Shown: positions 38,614 through 48,509 of the stretch, in pieces | How positions within the stretch are numbered: position 1 is the first letter of the stretch | Layout: each line of letters begins with the position of its first letter | From: an uncultured Gemmatimonadota bacterium | Lineage (GTDB): Bacteria; JAAXHH01 | Reading direction: 5' to 3' | NCBI GenBank assembly: GCA_951812955.1 | Contig: OX638340.1 | Coordinates: forward strand, 832,001 to 896,000 | DNA: 64,000 bases | The notes under the pieces: generated by a model | The model's database searches: none | Seen by the model: only the letters and a program-made list of their open reading frames with translations | Told to the model about the DNA's origin: nothing | Position numbers and translations under genes: made by a program

Positions 38614-39849
38614 ATGAATTTGAGCGGTCTGAAGGGCAGGACCGTCGGGGCGGCGGTATCCGGTGGACTGGACAGTTGCACGCTAACGCGCTGGCTCGCC
38701 GATCACGACGTTGACGTAGTGTGTGTCACGGCCGATCTCGGCCAGCCGGACGAAGAACGCATAGACTATGTCGCGGAACGAATGATGCGCTGTGGTGCGA
38801 AGGAAGCCGTGATTGTGGACGCAAAGGAGCAGTTGGCACAGGCCGGCGTCGAGGTCATCCAGTGCCAGGCGATGTACGAGGGGAACTACTGGAACACCAC
38901 GGGTATAGCCAGGCACGTCACCGTACGGACCTTGCTGCCCGAACTCGAGAAACGCGGCATCGATATCCTGTCCCACGGCGCCACCGGGCGCGGAAACGAC
39001 CAGGTCCGGTTTCAACTCGTCGCCAACATGATCGACCCCTCGGTAGAAGTCTACGCCCCCTGGCGCGACCAGGCTTTCCTGGACGAGTTTCCCGGCAGAA
39101 CAGAAATGATCGATTTCTGTGAAGCCCGTCAGTTGCCGGTACAGGCTTCCCATGAGAAACCCTATTCGACCGACGCGAATATCCTTGGATTGACCCACGA
39201 GGCCGGCCGTCTCGAATCACTCGATACGCCGGCGGGATTCATCACCCCCGGCATGGGAGTCCATCCCCGGGAAGCGCCGGATGCGCCCGAAACTTTTGCC
39301 GTCAGATTCGAAGAGGGCGTACCAGTTCGGATAAATGAGGATTTCGTCACCCCGCTGTCGGCCATCGAGACGGCCAACCGGATCGGCGGCAGGAACGGAA
39401 TCGGCATTGGGATCCACACCGTGGAGAACCGGTTCGTAGGCATCAAAAGCCGGGGGGTCTACGAATCACCGGCCATGACGCTCCTCGGGCAATGCTACGA
39501 GTTTCTGCTGCAGCTTATTCTAGACCGCCGCGCGCGCCGCAGCTTCGACCAGTTTTCTGCGTTGATAGCGGAACAGATCTACCAGGGCTACTGGTACGAC
39601 CCATCCACCCGTGCGCTCCGGGCTTCCGTGGACGTATTCAACCGGCTCGCCACAGGCACCATCCGGGTCGAACTTTACAAGGGCCAGGTTTCCTTCGTAT
39701 CGGCCGTTGACGTCCCACACTCGCTCTATTCCGAAACGACGGCGTCCATGGAAGGCGTGGGAGACTTCGACCACAAGGATTCCGAGGGTTTTCTCGGTGT
39801 GCTGGGCGTCAGCGCAAGGGCACTCAAATCATCCGGCCAGACGCAATAA
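38614..39849 (+). CDS. argG: Argininosuccinate synthase (E. coli type)
   Basis: Motifs AVSGGLDSCT, ADLGQPDEE, HGATGRGNDQVRFQL and PYSTDANILGLTHEAGRLE. Confidence 0.9.
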   Translation: MNLSGLKGRTVGAAVSGGLDSCTLTRWLADHDVDVVCVTADLGQPDEERIDYVAERMMRCGAKEAVIVDAKEQLAQAGVEVIQCQAMYEGNYWNTTGIARHVTVRTLLPELEKRGIDILSHGATGRGNDQVRFQLVANMIDPSVEVYAPWRDQAFLDEFPGRTEMIDFCEARQLPVQASHEKPYSTDANILGLTHEAGRLESLDTPAGFITPGMGVHPREAPDAPETFAVRFEEGVPVRINEDFVTPLSAIETANRIGGRNGIGIGIHTVENRFVGIKSRGVYESPAMTLLGQCYEFLLQLILDRRARRSFDQFSALIAEQIYQGYWYDPSTRALRASVDVFNRLATGTIRVELYKGQVSFVSAVDVPHSLYSETTASMEGVGDFDHKDSEGFLGVLGVSARALKSSGQTQ

Positions 39850-39850
39850 G

Positions 39851-39958
39851 CCGGCCTGGCGCCATAGACCGGCCTGGCACCATGAACCGGCCTGGCACCA
39901 TGAACCAGCCTGGCACCATAAAACCGGCCTGGCACCATTCACCGGTCTGACACCATAA
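39851..39958. repeat. Intergenic tandem repeat of an 18-bp unit CCGGCCTGGCACCATGAA, six copies
   Basis: Read directly from the sequence between the argG stop and the VOC start. It shares a CCGGNCTGGC core with the 32351..32445 repeat. Confidence 0.7.
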
Positions 39959-39989
39959 CGTGGTAGGAAATACAAAGGGGGAAGCGTCG

Positions 39990-40412
39990 ATGCCCGTCGG
40001 ATCGAAAAACCAGGTGATTCCCGGTTGCGGTACGCATCATGTGGCCGTCCAGACCAGGGACTGGGACGCCTCGCTTCAGTTGTACCGGGACGTTCTGGGG
40101 ATGAAATCCGTGGCGGTATTCGGACCCGAGGACCGCAGGATCATGCTCCTCGACACCGGGGACGGCAGCCATATAGAACTGTTCCAGCCCACGGGCGATA
40201 CTCCGTCGCCGGGAAGCACGTCGCCCAACGATCCGGTTACACATATCGCACTGGCCACGACGGATGCGCGCACAGCCATCGAACATGTCCGTTCCCATGG
40301 ATATGAAGTGACGGTCGAGCCGAAAGACGTCAATCTCGGCGGGCTGGATGTAACCGTCGCGTTCTTCAAAGGCCCGAGTGGCGAAGTAGTGGAATTCTTC
40401 CAGTTGCACTGA
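39990..40412 (+). CDS. VOC-family protein (glyoxalase I-like)
   Basis: HHVAVQTRDWDASLQLYRDVLGM... with two beta-alpha-beta-beta-beta modules. ATG at 39990 preceded by GGGGGAAG. Confidence 0.65.
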   Translation: MPVGSKNQVIPGCGTHHVAVQTRDWDASLQLYRDVLGMKSVAVFGPEDRRIMLLDTGDGSHIELFQPTGDTPSPGSTSPNDPVTHIALATTDARTAIEHVRSHGYEVTVEPKDVNLGGLDVTVAFFKGPSGEVVEFFQLH

Positions 40413-40501
40413 TCCACTGCCGCTTCGGAAGCGAAATGCTGCCAGTGATTTTCGTAGCTTGTGAACGCACTTCCGCTCGTCCGCGAGCAGGATTCCGCCT
40501 C

Positions 40502-42088
40502 ATGTACCGATTCTTCATGACCCTTGCCTTCGTCCTGGCGGCCGCGTGTCCCGTCACCGCCCAGGACTACGATGTCTCCGATCTTCAAACCCGCGCCGAA
40601 TTATCCGATTTCGAAGAGACGACCAGGTACGAGGAGGTAATGTCCTTCCTACGGGCCACGGTACTCGCCTCCGACCGGCTTCATCTGACCGAATTCGGTT
40701 ACACGACCGAAGGCAGGGCGCTGCCCCTGCTTGTCTACGGCGACGTCTGGGACGCATCCGCGGCGGAAATCGCCCTTACCGGGAAAACGAGAGTATTCAT
40801 ACAGGCGAACATCCACGCAGGTGAGGTCTGCGGCAAGGAAGCCCTGCTCATGCTTATCCGGGAACTGGCCTCCGGAGCGTACACCGACTGGGCCGATTCG
40901 CTGGTGTTGCTCATGGCACCCATTTACAACGCCGACGGCAACGAGCGGATCAGTTTGTACAACCGTCCGCGCCAACACGGACCCGTGGGGGGCATGGGAC
41001 AGCGGCCCAATGCCCAGGGGTTCGACCTCAACCGCGACCACATGAAACTGGACTCCCCCGAGGCGCGATCCCTCGTCTGGCTCATGAACGAATACGATCC
41101 CCACGTGCTTATCGACCTCCACACCACGAACGGAACCGTTCATGGTTACCACCTTACCTACTCGCCGCCGCTGAACCCCAACACCGCAGGTCCGATCTTC
41201 GAAATGCTTCGTGGGCGTTGGCTGCCTGAAGTGCGCAGCGCCGTCAGGGAAGCCTATGGATGGGAATTCTACTATTACGGAAATGTACCCAGAGAAGGAT
41301 CGAACCGCGCCCCCGGATGGTACACCTTCGATCACCGACCACGGTTCAACAACAATTATGTGGGACTTCGAAACCGTATAGCCATTCTGAGCGAAGCCTA
41401 TTCCTACGCAACCTTCGAAGAACGCATCCTGGCCACCCTGGCCTTCGTGCGGGAGAATCTACACTACGCCCACCGGAACGCGTCTTCGATACGCGAAACC
41501 CTCGAATCCGTGGACCTGGAACCGGTCGTGGGACAGGACATGGCCGTACGTTCCGACTTTGCCCGGTCCGGGGACCCGGTCGAAATCCTGTTAGGTGAAG
41601 TCGAGGAGACGCGAAACCCCTACACCGGCGAAGTCATGTACCTCAGAAAGGAAGCCAGGAATCCGACTTCGATGTACGAATATGGACAATTCTCCGCTGT
41701 AGAGACGGAGCGTGCGCCCAGGACGTATTTCGTTCCCCCCTCCATGACAATCGTAATCGAACGGCTCACGGCCCACGGCATCTGGTTCGAGGAACTCTCC
41801 AGTCCACGCGAACTGGCGCTGGAGCGATTCAGGATAGCATCGTCGCAGGCCGCCGAGCGCCCCTTCCAGGGCAGACACGAGCGGACGCTGACGGGCGCGT
41901 ACGAGCCGGTGGTCCGGACGCTGGAAGCCGGCACGCTGGTCGTACCGGTGGATCAGCAACTGGGCAGACTGGTATTCTACCTGTTGGAACCCCGGTCCGA
42001 CGACGGTCTGGTTGCATGGGCGCTGATGGACGATGTCCTCTCGGGCGCGGAGTACTACCCCATTCTGCGTGAACCCGCTGACCGGTAA
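40502..42088 (+). CDS. M14-family zinc carboxypeptidase, secreted
   Basis: Signal peptide MYRFFMTLAFVLAAACPVTAQ and a zinc-ligand motif NIHAGEVCGKEA. Confidence 0.75.
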   Translation: MYRFFMTLAFVLAAACPVTAQDYDVSDLQTRAELSDFEETTRYEEVMSFLRATVLASDRLHLTEFGYTTEGRALPLLVYGDVWDASAAEIALTGKTRVFIQANIHAGEVCGKEALLMLIRELASGAYTDWADSLVLLMAPIYNADGNERISLYNRPRQHGPVGGMGQRPNAQGFDLNRDHMKLDSPEARSLVWLMNEYDPHVLIDLHTTNGTVHGYHLTYSPPLNPNTAGPIFEMLRGRWLPEVRSAVREAYGWEFYYYGNVPREGSNRAPGWYTFDHRPRFNNNYVGLRNRIAILSEAYSYATFEERILATLAFVRENLHYAHRNASSIRETLESVDLEPVVGQDMAVRSDFARSGDPVEILLGEVEETRNPYTGEVMYLRKEARNPTSMYEYGQFSAVETERAPRTYFVPPSMTIVIERLTAHGIWFEELSSPRELALERFRIASSQAAERPFQGRHERTLTGAYEPVVRTLEAGTLVVPVDQQLGRLVFYLLEPRSDDGLVAWALMDDVLSGAEYYPILREPADR

Positions 42089-42119
42089 CCACCCTGAATC
42101 CATTCACCATGGAGCCCGC

Positions 42120-43082
42120 ATGCCCGGACGCGTCATCCTGGACACCGATACGGGAGTCGACGACGCCCTGGCCATTCTGTTGGCCATGCGGTCCCCCGAA
42201 CTCGGTATCGACGCGATCACGGGCGTCTGCGGAAACACGCCCCTCGACCACTGCATGCGGAACATACTCATCACGCTGGACGTCCTCGATGCCGGGCAAA
42301 AGCCGGTTGTAGCCCGTGGCGAGGCCAGACCGCTGGTCCGTGAACTGTCCTTTGCGGGGGACATACACGGAGACGACGGACTGGGCGAGGTGACCCGGCT
42401 GGTGGATTCGGAAGGCACACGCGTCTATCCGGATCCGGTGCAACTGGAAAGTCCCATCCACGCCGTCGACCTGATCCTCGAAAGCGCGGACCGGCACCCG
42501 GATGAACTGACCCTGGTCGCCGTCGGTCCGCTTACCAACGTCGCGCGAGCCATCATGAAGGATCCGGAACGCATGCGCGGACTCCGGGAGATCATCATCA
42601 TGGGCGGCGCTTTCGAGACCGGTGGGAATGTTTCACCGGTGGCGGAATTCAATATCCACGCCGACCCCCATGCCGCGCAGATCGTTTGCGATTCCGGGAT
42701 CCCCCTGGTCTTCGTCCCGCTCGACGTGACCAGGCAGGCCTTCCTGGACGCCGGTACGATAGGCCGATACGCCGGCGAGGGAAGCGCCAGGGCGACCTTC
42801 GTGCGGGACTGCACCGCCCGGTACGTCGCGTTTCACCGGCGCAACCGGGGAGTCAACGGCTGCTTTCTTCACGACCCACTTGCCGTGGCCGTCGCCATCC
42901 GGGAAGACCTCGTTACGAAGGTGCCGGCCCGGGTGGACGTGGAAACCGCCGGTGATCTCACATCGGGGATGACGGTGTCGGACCTCCGTTCAGCGCGATG
43001 GGGCGAACCGAACGCGAGGGTCTGCACCGCGTTGGACGTTCAAGCTTTCATCAGGCTGTTCGAGGAAAGGGTGCTCGCATGA
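42120..43082 (+). CDS. Nucleoside hydrolase (IUNH family)
   Basis: N-terminal DTDTGVDDALAILLA aspartate cluster. Confidence 0.85.
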   Translation: MPGRVILDTDTGVDDALAILLAMRSPELGIDAITGVCGNTPLDHCMRNILITLDVLDAGQKPVVARGEARPLVRELSFAGDIHGDDGLGEVTRLVDSEGTRVYPDPVQLESPIHAVDLILESADRHPDELTLVAVGPLTNVARAIMKDPERMRGLREIIIMGGAFETGGNVSPVAEFNIHADPHAAQIVCDSGIPLVFVPLDVTRQAFLDAGTIGRYAGEGSARATFVRDCTARYVAFHRRNRGVNGCFLHDPLAVAVAIREDLVTKVPARVDVETAGDLTSGMTVSDLRSARWGEPNARVCTALDVQAFIRLFEERVLA

Positions 43083-43813
43083 TCTTAAGAGACCGCACGG
43101 CCATCGTCACCGGCGGCGGACAGGGAATCGGCCGGGCCATATGCGGAATCTTCGCGGAAGAAGGCGCTACCGTCGTCGTCGTGGATATCGATGCAGACCG
43201 TGCAGGGGAGACGGCTCGCCAATTGAATGAGAAGGGCTACCCCGCAAGAGCCGTCCGGACGGACGTCTCCGTCGGGGCGGAGATCGACGCCCTGGTCGAC
43301 GGGGCCGTCAAGGACTACGGCCGCGTTGACATACTCGTGAACAACGCGGGACTCGCCCTGTTCAGGTCAGTGGAACTGTGCACGGAGGCAGAATGGGACC
43401 GTGTTATGGCAGTAAACCTCAAGGGACCGTTTCTGCTCGCAAAGGCCCTTTTGCCCGCGATGAAAGCGCAGCGGTCCGGGGCCGTGATCAACCTGGCCTC
43501 GGTGGCGGGGAAGACCGGCGGTGTGGTGTCCGGCGCGCCCTACTCGGTATCCAAGGCCGGAATCGAGTGCCTGACCAAGTCGCTGGCCCGGGAACTGGCG
43601 CCGTTCGGGGTACGGGTCAACGCCATCGCGCCCGGAATAATCGATACCGCCTTGACCGCCAATCACGATCCATCGTTCGTCGAAGCAATCCCCCTGGGAG
43701 GGAAGGGTGAACCCCGGGACGTGGCCGAGGCGGCGCTGTTTCTGGCATCGGACAGGTCGCGGCACATCACCGGCGAGATCCTGGACGTCAACGGCGGCCT
43801 GCTGATGGACTGA
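43079..43813 (+). CDS. SDR-family oxidoreductase (FabG-like)
   Basis: TGGGQGIGRA Rossmann motif and the YSVSK catalytic tetrad region. The start overlaps the previous stop (ATGA). Confidence 0.85.
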   Translation: MILRDRTAIVTGGGQGIGRAICGIFAEEGATVVVVDIDADRAGETARQLNEKGYPARAVRTDVSVGAEIDALVDGAVKDYGRVDILVNNAGLALFRSVELCTEAEWDRVMAVNLKGPFLLAKALLPAMKAQRSGAVINLASVAGKTGGVVSGAPYSVSKAGIECLTKSLARELAPFGVRVNAIAPGIIDTALTANHDPSFVEAIPLGGKGEPRDVAEAALFLASDRSRHITGEILDVNGGLLMD

Positions 43814-43886
43814 CCGGGCCCCGGCACCGTATTGCTGATGGACTGACCGGCACCCTGGCATTCATGTCGATCGTAAGGACGGGAAG

Positions 43887-44543
43887 TTGCCTGCCATGAC
43901 CGCAGCGGTTTCAAATTTCGCCGTGGATGTCGTTGACCGGTATGCGAAGGATCCCGGCAGGGTCGCCCTGCAATGGCAAAAAGCCGGCGCCGTGGCGACG
44001 GACGTCACCTTCCTGGATCTGAAAATACGTTCCGAAAAGGTCGCCCACGTGCTTCACCGTCACGGTGTGCGCCCGGGCCATCGGGTATTCATCCTGCTTC
44101 CTCCCTGCATGGCCTGGTGGGAGTCGATAGTTGGATGCATGCGGGCCGGCGCCGTGGCCGCGCTGGGGCAGGACGCATCCGATGCGCGGTTACTAAAGGA
44201 TCAGATCATTCAGTCCCGATCGACGCTCGTAATCGCGTCGGCCTCGCTTGCTGACCAGGTCGGCCGCATCATGGATGGCTGTACCGGGATCGCCCACTGG
44301 TTCTCCGTCGGCTGGGAGCGCGAGGGCTGGGTGGACTACGACCGCCGCGTCTCCCTCGCTCCGGCCGGGTTCAAGGCGGTTGAGACCCGGGAAACCGACC
44401 CCTGTATCGTCGTGTACGACCGGGGAACATCAGCCAGCGGAACAACACACCGGCACGGCGATGAAGGCTACGATCTGGAGCAGCTCGACGCGTGGCGCGA
44501 CGGGCTGGCCATCGCGGTGCACGACGCCTCCGAGCATCCATGA
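43887..44543 (+). pseudogene. Truncated acyl-CoA synthetase (AMP-binding) N-terminal fragment
   Basis: The N-terminal half of an acyl-CoA synthetase pattern is present (VTFLDLKIRSEKVAHVL...GHRVFILLPPCMAWWESIVGCMRAGAVAA). The P-loop is degenerate (GTSASGTTHRHG). The entire C-terminal half is missing, and the stop overlaps the caiB-like start. Confidence 0.4.
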
Positions 44544-45700
44544 TACCCGCGCTGACCGACCACCTCGTCCTGGAGCTGACCACGCAGTTGCCGGGTCCCT
44601 ACTGCGCCATGCTGCTCGCAGATCTCGGCGCCAGTGTGATCAAGGTGGAGCCGCCCGGCGGAGATCCCCTGCGCCGTTTTCCCCCGGCTTTCGCCAGTGT
44701 CAACCGCGGCAAGCGGAATATCGTGATCGATTTAAAAAAGGAAGCGGGCGGGGAGGTCATGCGCCGCCTGGTCAGACGGGCGGACGTCGTGCTGGAGGGA
44801 TTCCGGCCTGGCGTGGCCGGACGGCTCGGCGTGGACTACCCCTCGGTAAAACACCTCAATCCCGCCATCGTGTATTGCTCCATTTCGGGGTTTGGCCAAG
44901 AAGGCCCCTACCGGAACCGCGCCGGTCATGACATCAACTATCTCGCGATCGGTGGTCTGCTGGGACGCGGCGATCCGCCCGCGGTCCCTCCCGTTCTGAT
45001 TTCGGACCTGTCCTCTGGCCTGTACGCCGCGCTGGCCGTTTCCGCCGCGCTGATGCACCGGACGGCCACGGGAGAGGGTCGCTTTATCGATCTGTCCATG
45101 ACCGACTGCATCCTGTCCTGGATGGCCCTGGATATCGCCACTGCCGCGCAGGAACCTAACGCGGCGCGACAGCAGTTTCTCGGAGATATCCCGCACTATG
45201 GTGTATTCGAGACTTCGGACGGCCGGCACATCAGCCTCGGGATCGTCCACGAGGATCATTTCTGGACCCGCCTCTGCGATGTCCTGGGACTGGAAGACTG
45301 GCGGGACTGGTCCTCGGGAAAACGGTTGAACAGGGCGGCCGCGATACAGGGAAAACTCCAGGCCGTTTTCGCCACGGATTCCTGCCACGAATGGGACCGA
45401 AGGCTGCGGGAAGCCGATGTGCCCTGTGCCCCCATTTACAACCTTGACGAGCTGACGGACGATCCTTATATACAGTACCGGAATCCGTTTTACAGTCTCG
45501 AAGCTTCCGATCAGTCGGCGAGCCGTCAGGTCAAAGCGCCATACCGAACAGATGCGCCGGAGGCCGAAGCACCGCTCCCGCCTCCTGTCCTGGGCGAAAA
45601 TACACGGCAGGTACTCTCGCAGTCCGGGTACGACGACGGTGAAATCGACCGCTTGATACAACAGGGTGCAGTACACGAATCCCATAACGGGGAGAAGTAA
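44540..45700 (+). CDS. CaiB/BaiF-family CoA-transferase (family III)
   Basis: LELTTQLPGPYCAMLLADLGASVIKVE... typical of family III CoA-transferases. Confidence 0.85.
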   Translation: MIPALTDHLVLELTTQLPGPYCAMLLADLGASVIKVEPPGGDPLRRFPPAFASVNRGKRNIVIDLKKEAGGEVMRRLVRRADVVLEGFRPGVAGRLGVDYPSVKHLNPAIVYCSISGFGQEGPYRNRAGHDINYLAIGGLLGRGDPPAVPPVLISDLSSGLYAALAVSAALMHRTATGEGRFIDLSMTDCILSWMALDIATAAQEPNAARQQFLGDIPHYGVFETSDGRHISLGIVHEDHFWTRLCDVLGLEDWRDWSSGKRLNRAAAIQGKLQAVFATDSCHEWDRRLREADVPCAPIYNLDELTDDPYIQYRNPFYSLEASDQSASRQVKAPYRTDAPEAEAPLPPPVLGENTRQVLSQSGYDDGEIDRLIQQGAVHESHNGEK

Positions 45701-45721
45701 CCGAATCCTAAAGGAGATATC

Positions 45722-47455
45722 ATGAGCATCCGCGTGAGAAACTGGCGCGACCAGGCACCTTACGTCGGGCATATCAGCGCGTTGGTCTGGACGCTGTACC
45801 AGTCCCATGACAAAGACGAAACGTCTCCGCCGGACGTAAACCGGCTGCATGGGATCAACAGCTTCGTCAAGCACGGGCTGCAAGGCCACCAGCATTCGGA
45901 CCACCACAGTCACGACAGTATCGAGCAGTTGTACTTCATACTACGGGGGCGCGGCCAGCTCACCATCGGCGACGACAAGGTGGATGTCCGGGACGGTACG
46001 GCCGTCTACATGCCCGTAAACGTGCCTCACCAGGCCTTCAACGACGGAGATGGCTGGATGGAGCATCTTATCGTCAGTTGCCCGCTGGACGAAATCCGGG
46101 AGGGCACGTCCGCGGTCCGGGACTGGCGCGACGTCCATCCGGTGGTGCTGGGAGACGGGACCGTATCCTGGCCCCTGTTGCTGCGCGAAGAGGAGGCCCC
46201 GGCCGGCGAAGGCGGCGTTCTCCAACGCGTCCATAGCGTGACCCGCTACGCCGTCCAAGGACGCCGGGAGACCGACTGGCAAGAGCTGGACGGGATTGAG
46301 CTGGTCCACTACGTGATCAGCGGATATGGGACCATCGAAGAGCTGGACGATAACCAGCAGTTGGTCACGGAAGGCTCCGCGGTCCACGTACTTCCAGGCG
46401 AAGCACACAGATTCATAAACCAGGGCGAAGGATGGTTCGAATACGTCACGTTCGCGGTCGAAGTAGGAGAAATCGAGGTGCCGGATGAATCCGACCAGGA
46501 CGAGGACTCCGATGAAACGGCCGTGCAAGCCGGCGAGGCGGAAGCCGCCGCCGCTACGGTATTGACGGATGTCGATTGGGATGAAGCCGACGCTGTGGAA
46601 ACCGAAGAAGAAATCGAGGAATCGGTGACTTCCGACGCGACCGAAGAGGATGTGGACGAGGCCGAGGCTGCAGTCGAATTGGAAGATGACGACTCCGGCG
46701 AAATCGAAGCTGCAGCCGATGAAACTGACGAGGATGCGGGGGACGAGGATGCGGGGGACGAGGATGCAGGAGACGCGGAGGAAGATGACGACTCCGGCGA
46801 AATCGAAGCTGCAGCCGATGAAGCAGACGAGGATGCGGGGGACGAGGATGCAGGAGACGCGGAGGAAGATGACGCGGAGGAAGATGACGACTCCGGCGAA
46901 ATCGAAGCTGCAGCCGATGAAGCTGACTCGGTAGAAGATGATGATGCCGAAGAAGATTCTGACGCGGTAGATGACGATGACGCGGAAGTCCAGGATCTGA
47001 CCGATATCGGCGAGGATCAGGAAGAAGACGGTGACGTCGACGACGCTGGAGTCGCCGAAATAGACGATGACGCCGAAGTAGACGATGACGCGGAAGTCGA
47101 GGATCTGACCGATACCGGCGAGGATCAGGAAGACGCGGAAGACTACGATGACGCCGAAATAGGCGATGACGCGGTAGAAGACGATAACCTGGAAGAAGAT
47201 ACTGACCCGGACGACGATGACGCGGAAGTAAACGACCTGGCAGATACTGGCGAGGATCAGGAAGACGCGGAGAACGCCTCGATCGAAGCAGAGGAAGAAG
47301 ACGGGACAGACGATTCATCAGGGGACGAGGAAGAGGAAGATTTCGACCTGGAAGACGATGACGCGGAGTTCGATGTCGAAGCCGAAGATGAAACCGCCGT
47401 GGAGGACGAAGCGGGGGATGAGGACGAGGATTCCCCTGATGCGGACAGACGGTAA
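45722..47455 (+). CDS. Bicupin protein with a C-terminal polyacidic repetitive tail of about 330 aa
   Basis: Two cupin_2 modules (HSHDSIEQLYFILRGRG...HQAFNDGDGW and ...VISGYGTIEEL...AHRFINQGEGW). These are followed by D/E/A-rich tandem repeats (DDSGEIEAAADE.DEDAGDEDAGD...). Confidence 0.7.
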   Translation: MSIRVRNWRDQAPYVGHISALVWTLYQSHDKDETSPPDVNRLHGINSFVKHGLQGHQHSDHHSHDSIEQLYFILRGRGQLTIGDDKVDVRDGTAVYMPVNVPHQAFNDGDGWMEHLIVSCPLDEIREGTSAVRDWRDVHPVVLGDGTVSWPLLLREEEAPAGEGGVLQRVHSVTRYAVQGRRETDWQELDGIELVHYVISGYGTIEELDDNQQLVTEGSAVHVLPGEAHRFINQGEGWFEYVTFAVEVGEIEVPDESDQDEDSDETAVQAGEAEAAAATVLTDVDWDEADAVETEEEIEESVTSDATEEDVDEAEAAVELEDDDSGEIEAAADETDEDAGDEDAGDEDAGDAEEDDDSGEIEAAADEADEDAGDEDAGDAEEDDAEEDDDSGEIEAAADEADSVEDDDAEEDSDAVDDDDAEVQDLTDIGEDQEEDGDVDDAGVAEIDDDAEVDDDAEVEDLTDTGEDQEDAEDYDDAEIGDDAVEDDNLEEDTDPDDDDAEVNDLADTGEDQEDAENASIEAEEEDGTDDSSGDEEEEDFDLEDDDAEFDVEAEDETAVEDEAGDEDEDSPDADRR

Positions 47456-47467
47456 ACGAAAGCGTAC

Positions 47468-48370
47468 GTGAACAACCTACCCGCCCGATCGTTCGGGCGA
47501 ACCGGCATGCGTCCGGCGGCATTGGCCATGGGAGCCGCCTTTCTGCACGAGAGCCCCGAGGCAGTCGAAGCCATCCAGACCGCCCTGTCGCTGGGCATCA
47601 ACTATTTCGATACCTATCCGGGCCACCACGAGGAAAAGTGGGGAGAGGCGCTCTCCGGCGTACCCCGTTCCTCCTACTACCTCCAGGCCAAGATCGGCAC
47701 CCATCCCGATCGAAAAAAGGATTTCTCGGGGGACGGCGCCAGGTGGAGCCTGGACCGCAGCCTGCGGGACCTTAAGACAGACTATCTCGACTCCGTTCTC
47801 GTACACGATCCGACCGATGTGGATGAATTGCTGCACGAAGGTGCGGTATTCGACGTGCTGCGCCAATTGAAAGCGCAGGGCGTGGTGAGGAACATCGGGC
47901 TCGGCGCCCGGTCCCATGACTGGCACGTCCGGCTGATCGACGAAGGCATTTGCGACGTCTCCCTGACCTTCCTGGACTACACCCTGGTCAACCAGTCTGC
48001 CGCCGCAACCATCTTTCCATCGGCCAGAAAGCACGAAACCGGAGTAATCCTGGCCAGTGTGCAGGGCATGGGACTGCTGACCGGATCGGAACCCGATCCC
48101 GAGCGGGAGCGGGGCATGCATCCCGGATCCGAGCCGAGGGCGCACGGGATCTGGACCTGGTGCCGTGAGCACGGCGTCAACATTCGTCACCTGGCCATCC
48201 AATTCTGTCTGGCTGCGCCGGTGGACAGCGTGGTCATGTTCGGCCCGGCTTCTATCCGGCACGTGTACGATGCTTACGAGGCCGCCACGGAAACCATTCC
48301 ACCCGATATGTGGGAGAAACTCGAGCACGACTTCGGCATCCGGCTCGGGATGAGTGACGGGCCGTCGTAA
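47468..48370 (+). CDS. Aldo/keto reductase
   Basis: AKR pattern (FGRTGMRP...GINYFDT...DYLDSVLVHDP). GTG start. Confidence 0.8.
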   Translation: MNNLPARSFGRTGMRPAALAMGAAFLHESPEAVEAIQTALSLGINYFDTYPGHHEEKWGEALSGVPRSSYYLQAKIGTHPDRKKDFSGDGARWSLDRSLRDLKTDYLDSVLVHDPTDVDELLHEGAVFDVLRQLKAQGVVRNIGLGARSHDWHVRLIDEGICDVSLTFLDYTLVNQSAAATIFPSARKHETGVILASVQGMGLLTGSEPDPERERGMHPGSEPRAHGIWTWCREHGVNIRHLAIQFCLAAPVDSVVMFGPASIRHVYDAYEAATETIPPDMWEKLEHDFGIRLGMSDGPS

Positions 48371-48509
48371 CTACTGCAGCGTTCTTCAATGGAAACCCGC
48401 TCATCATGAGGCAATCTCGACCTCGTCCATTCCTGACGCCAGCATCACACGGAACCCGGTCCGCATGTCCTCCAATCCTGGCGCCAGCATCTCACGGAAC
48501 CCTATCCCC

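Noticed and set aside
39851-39958. Possible CRISPR array (regular short repeats)
   Set aside because: The units are contiguous 18-bp repeats with no unique spacers. There are no cas genes nearby, so it is a simple tandem repeat and not CRISPR.
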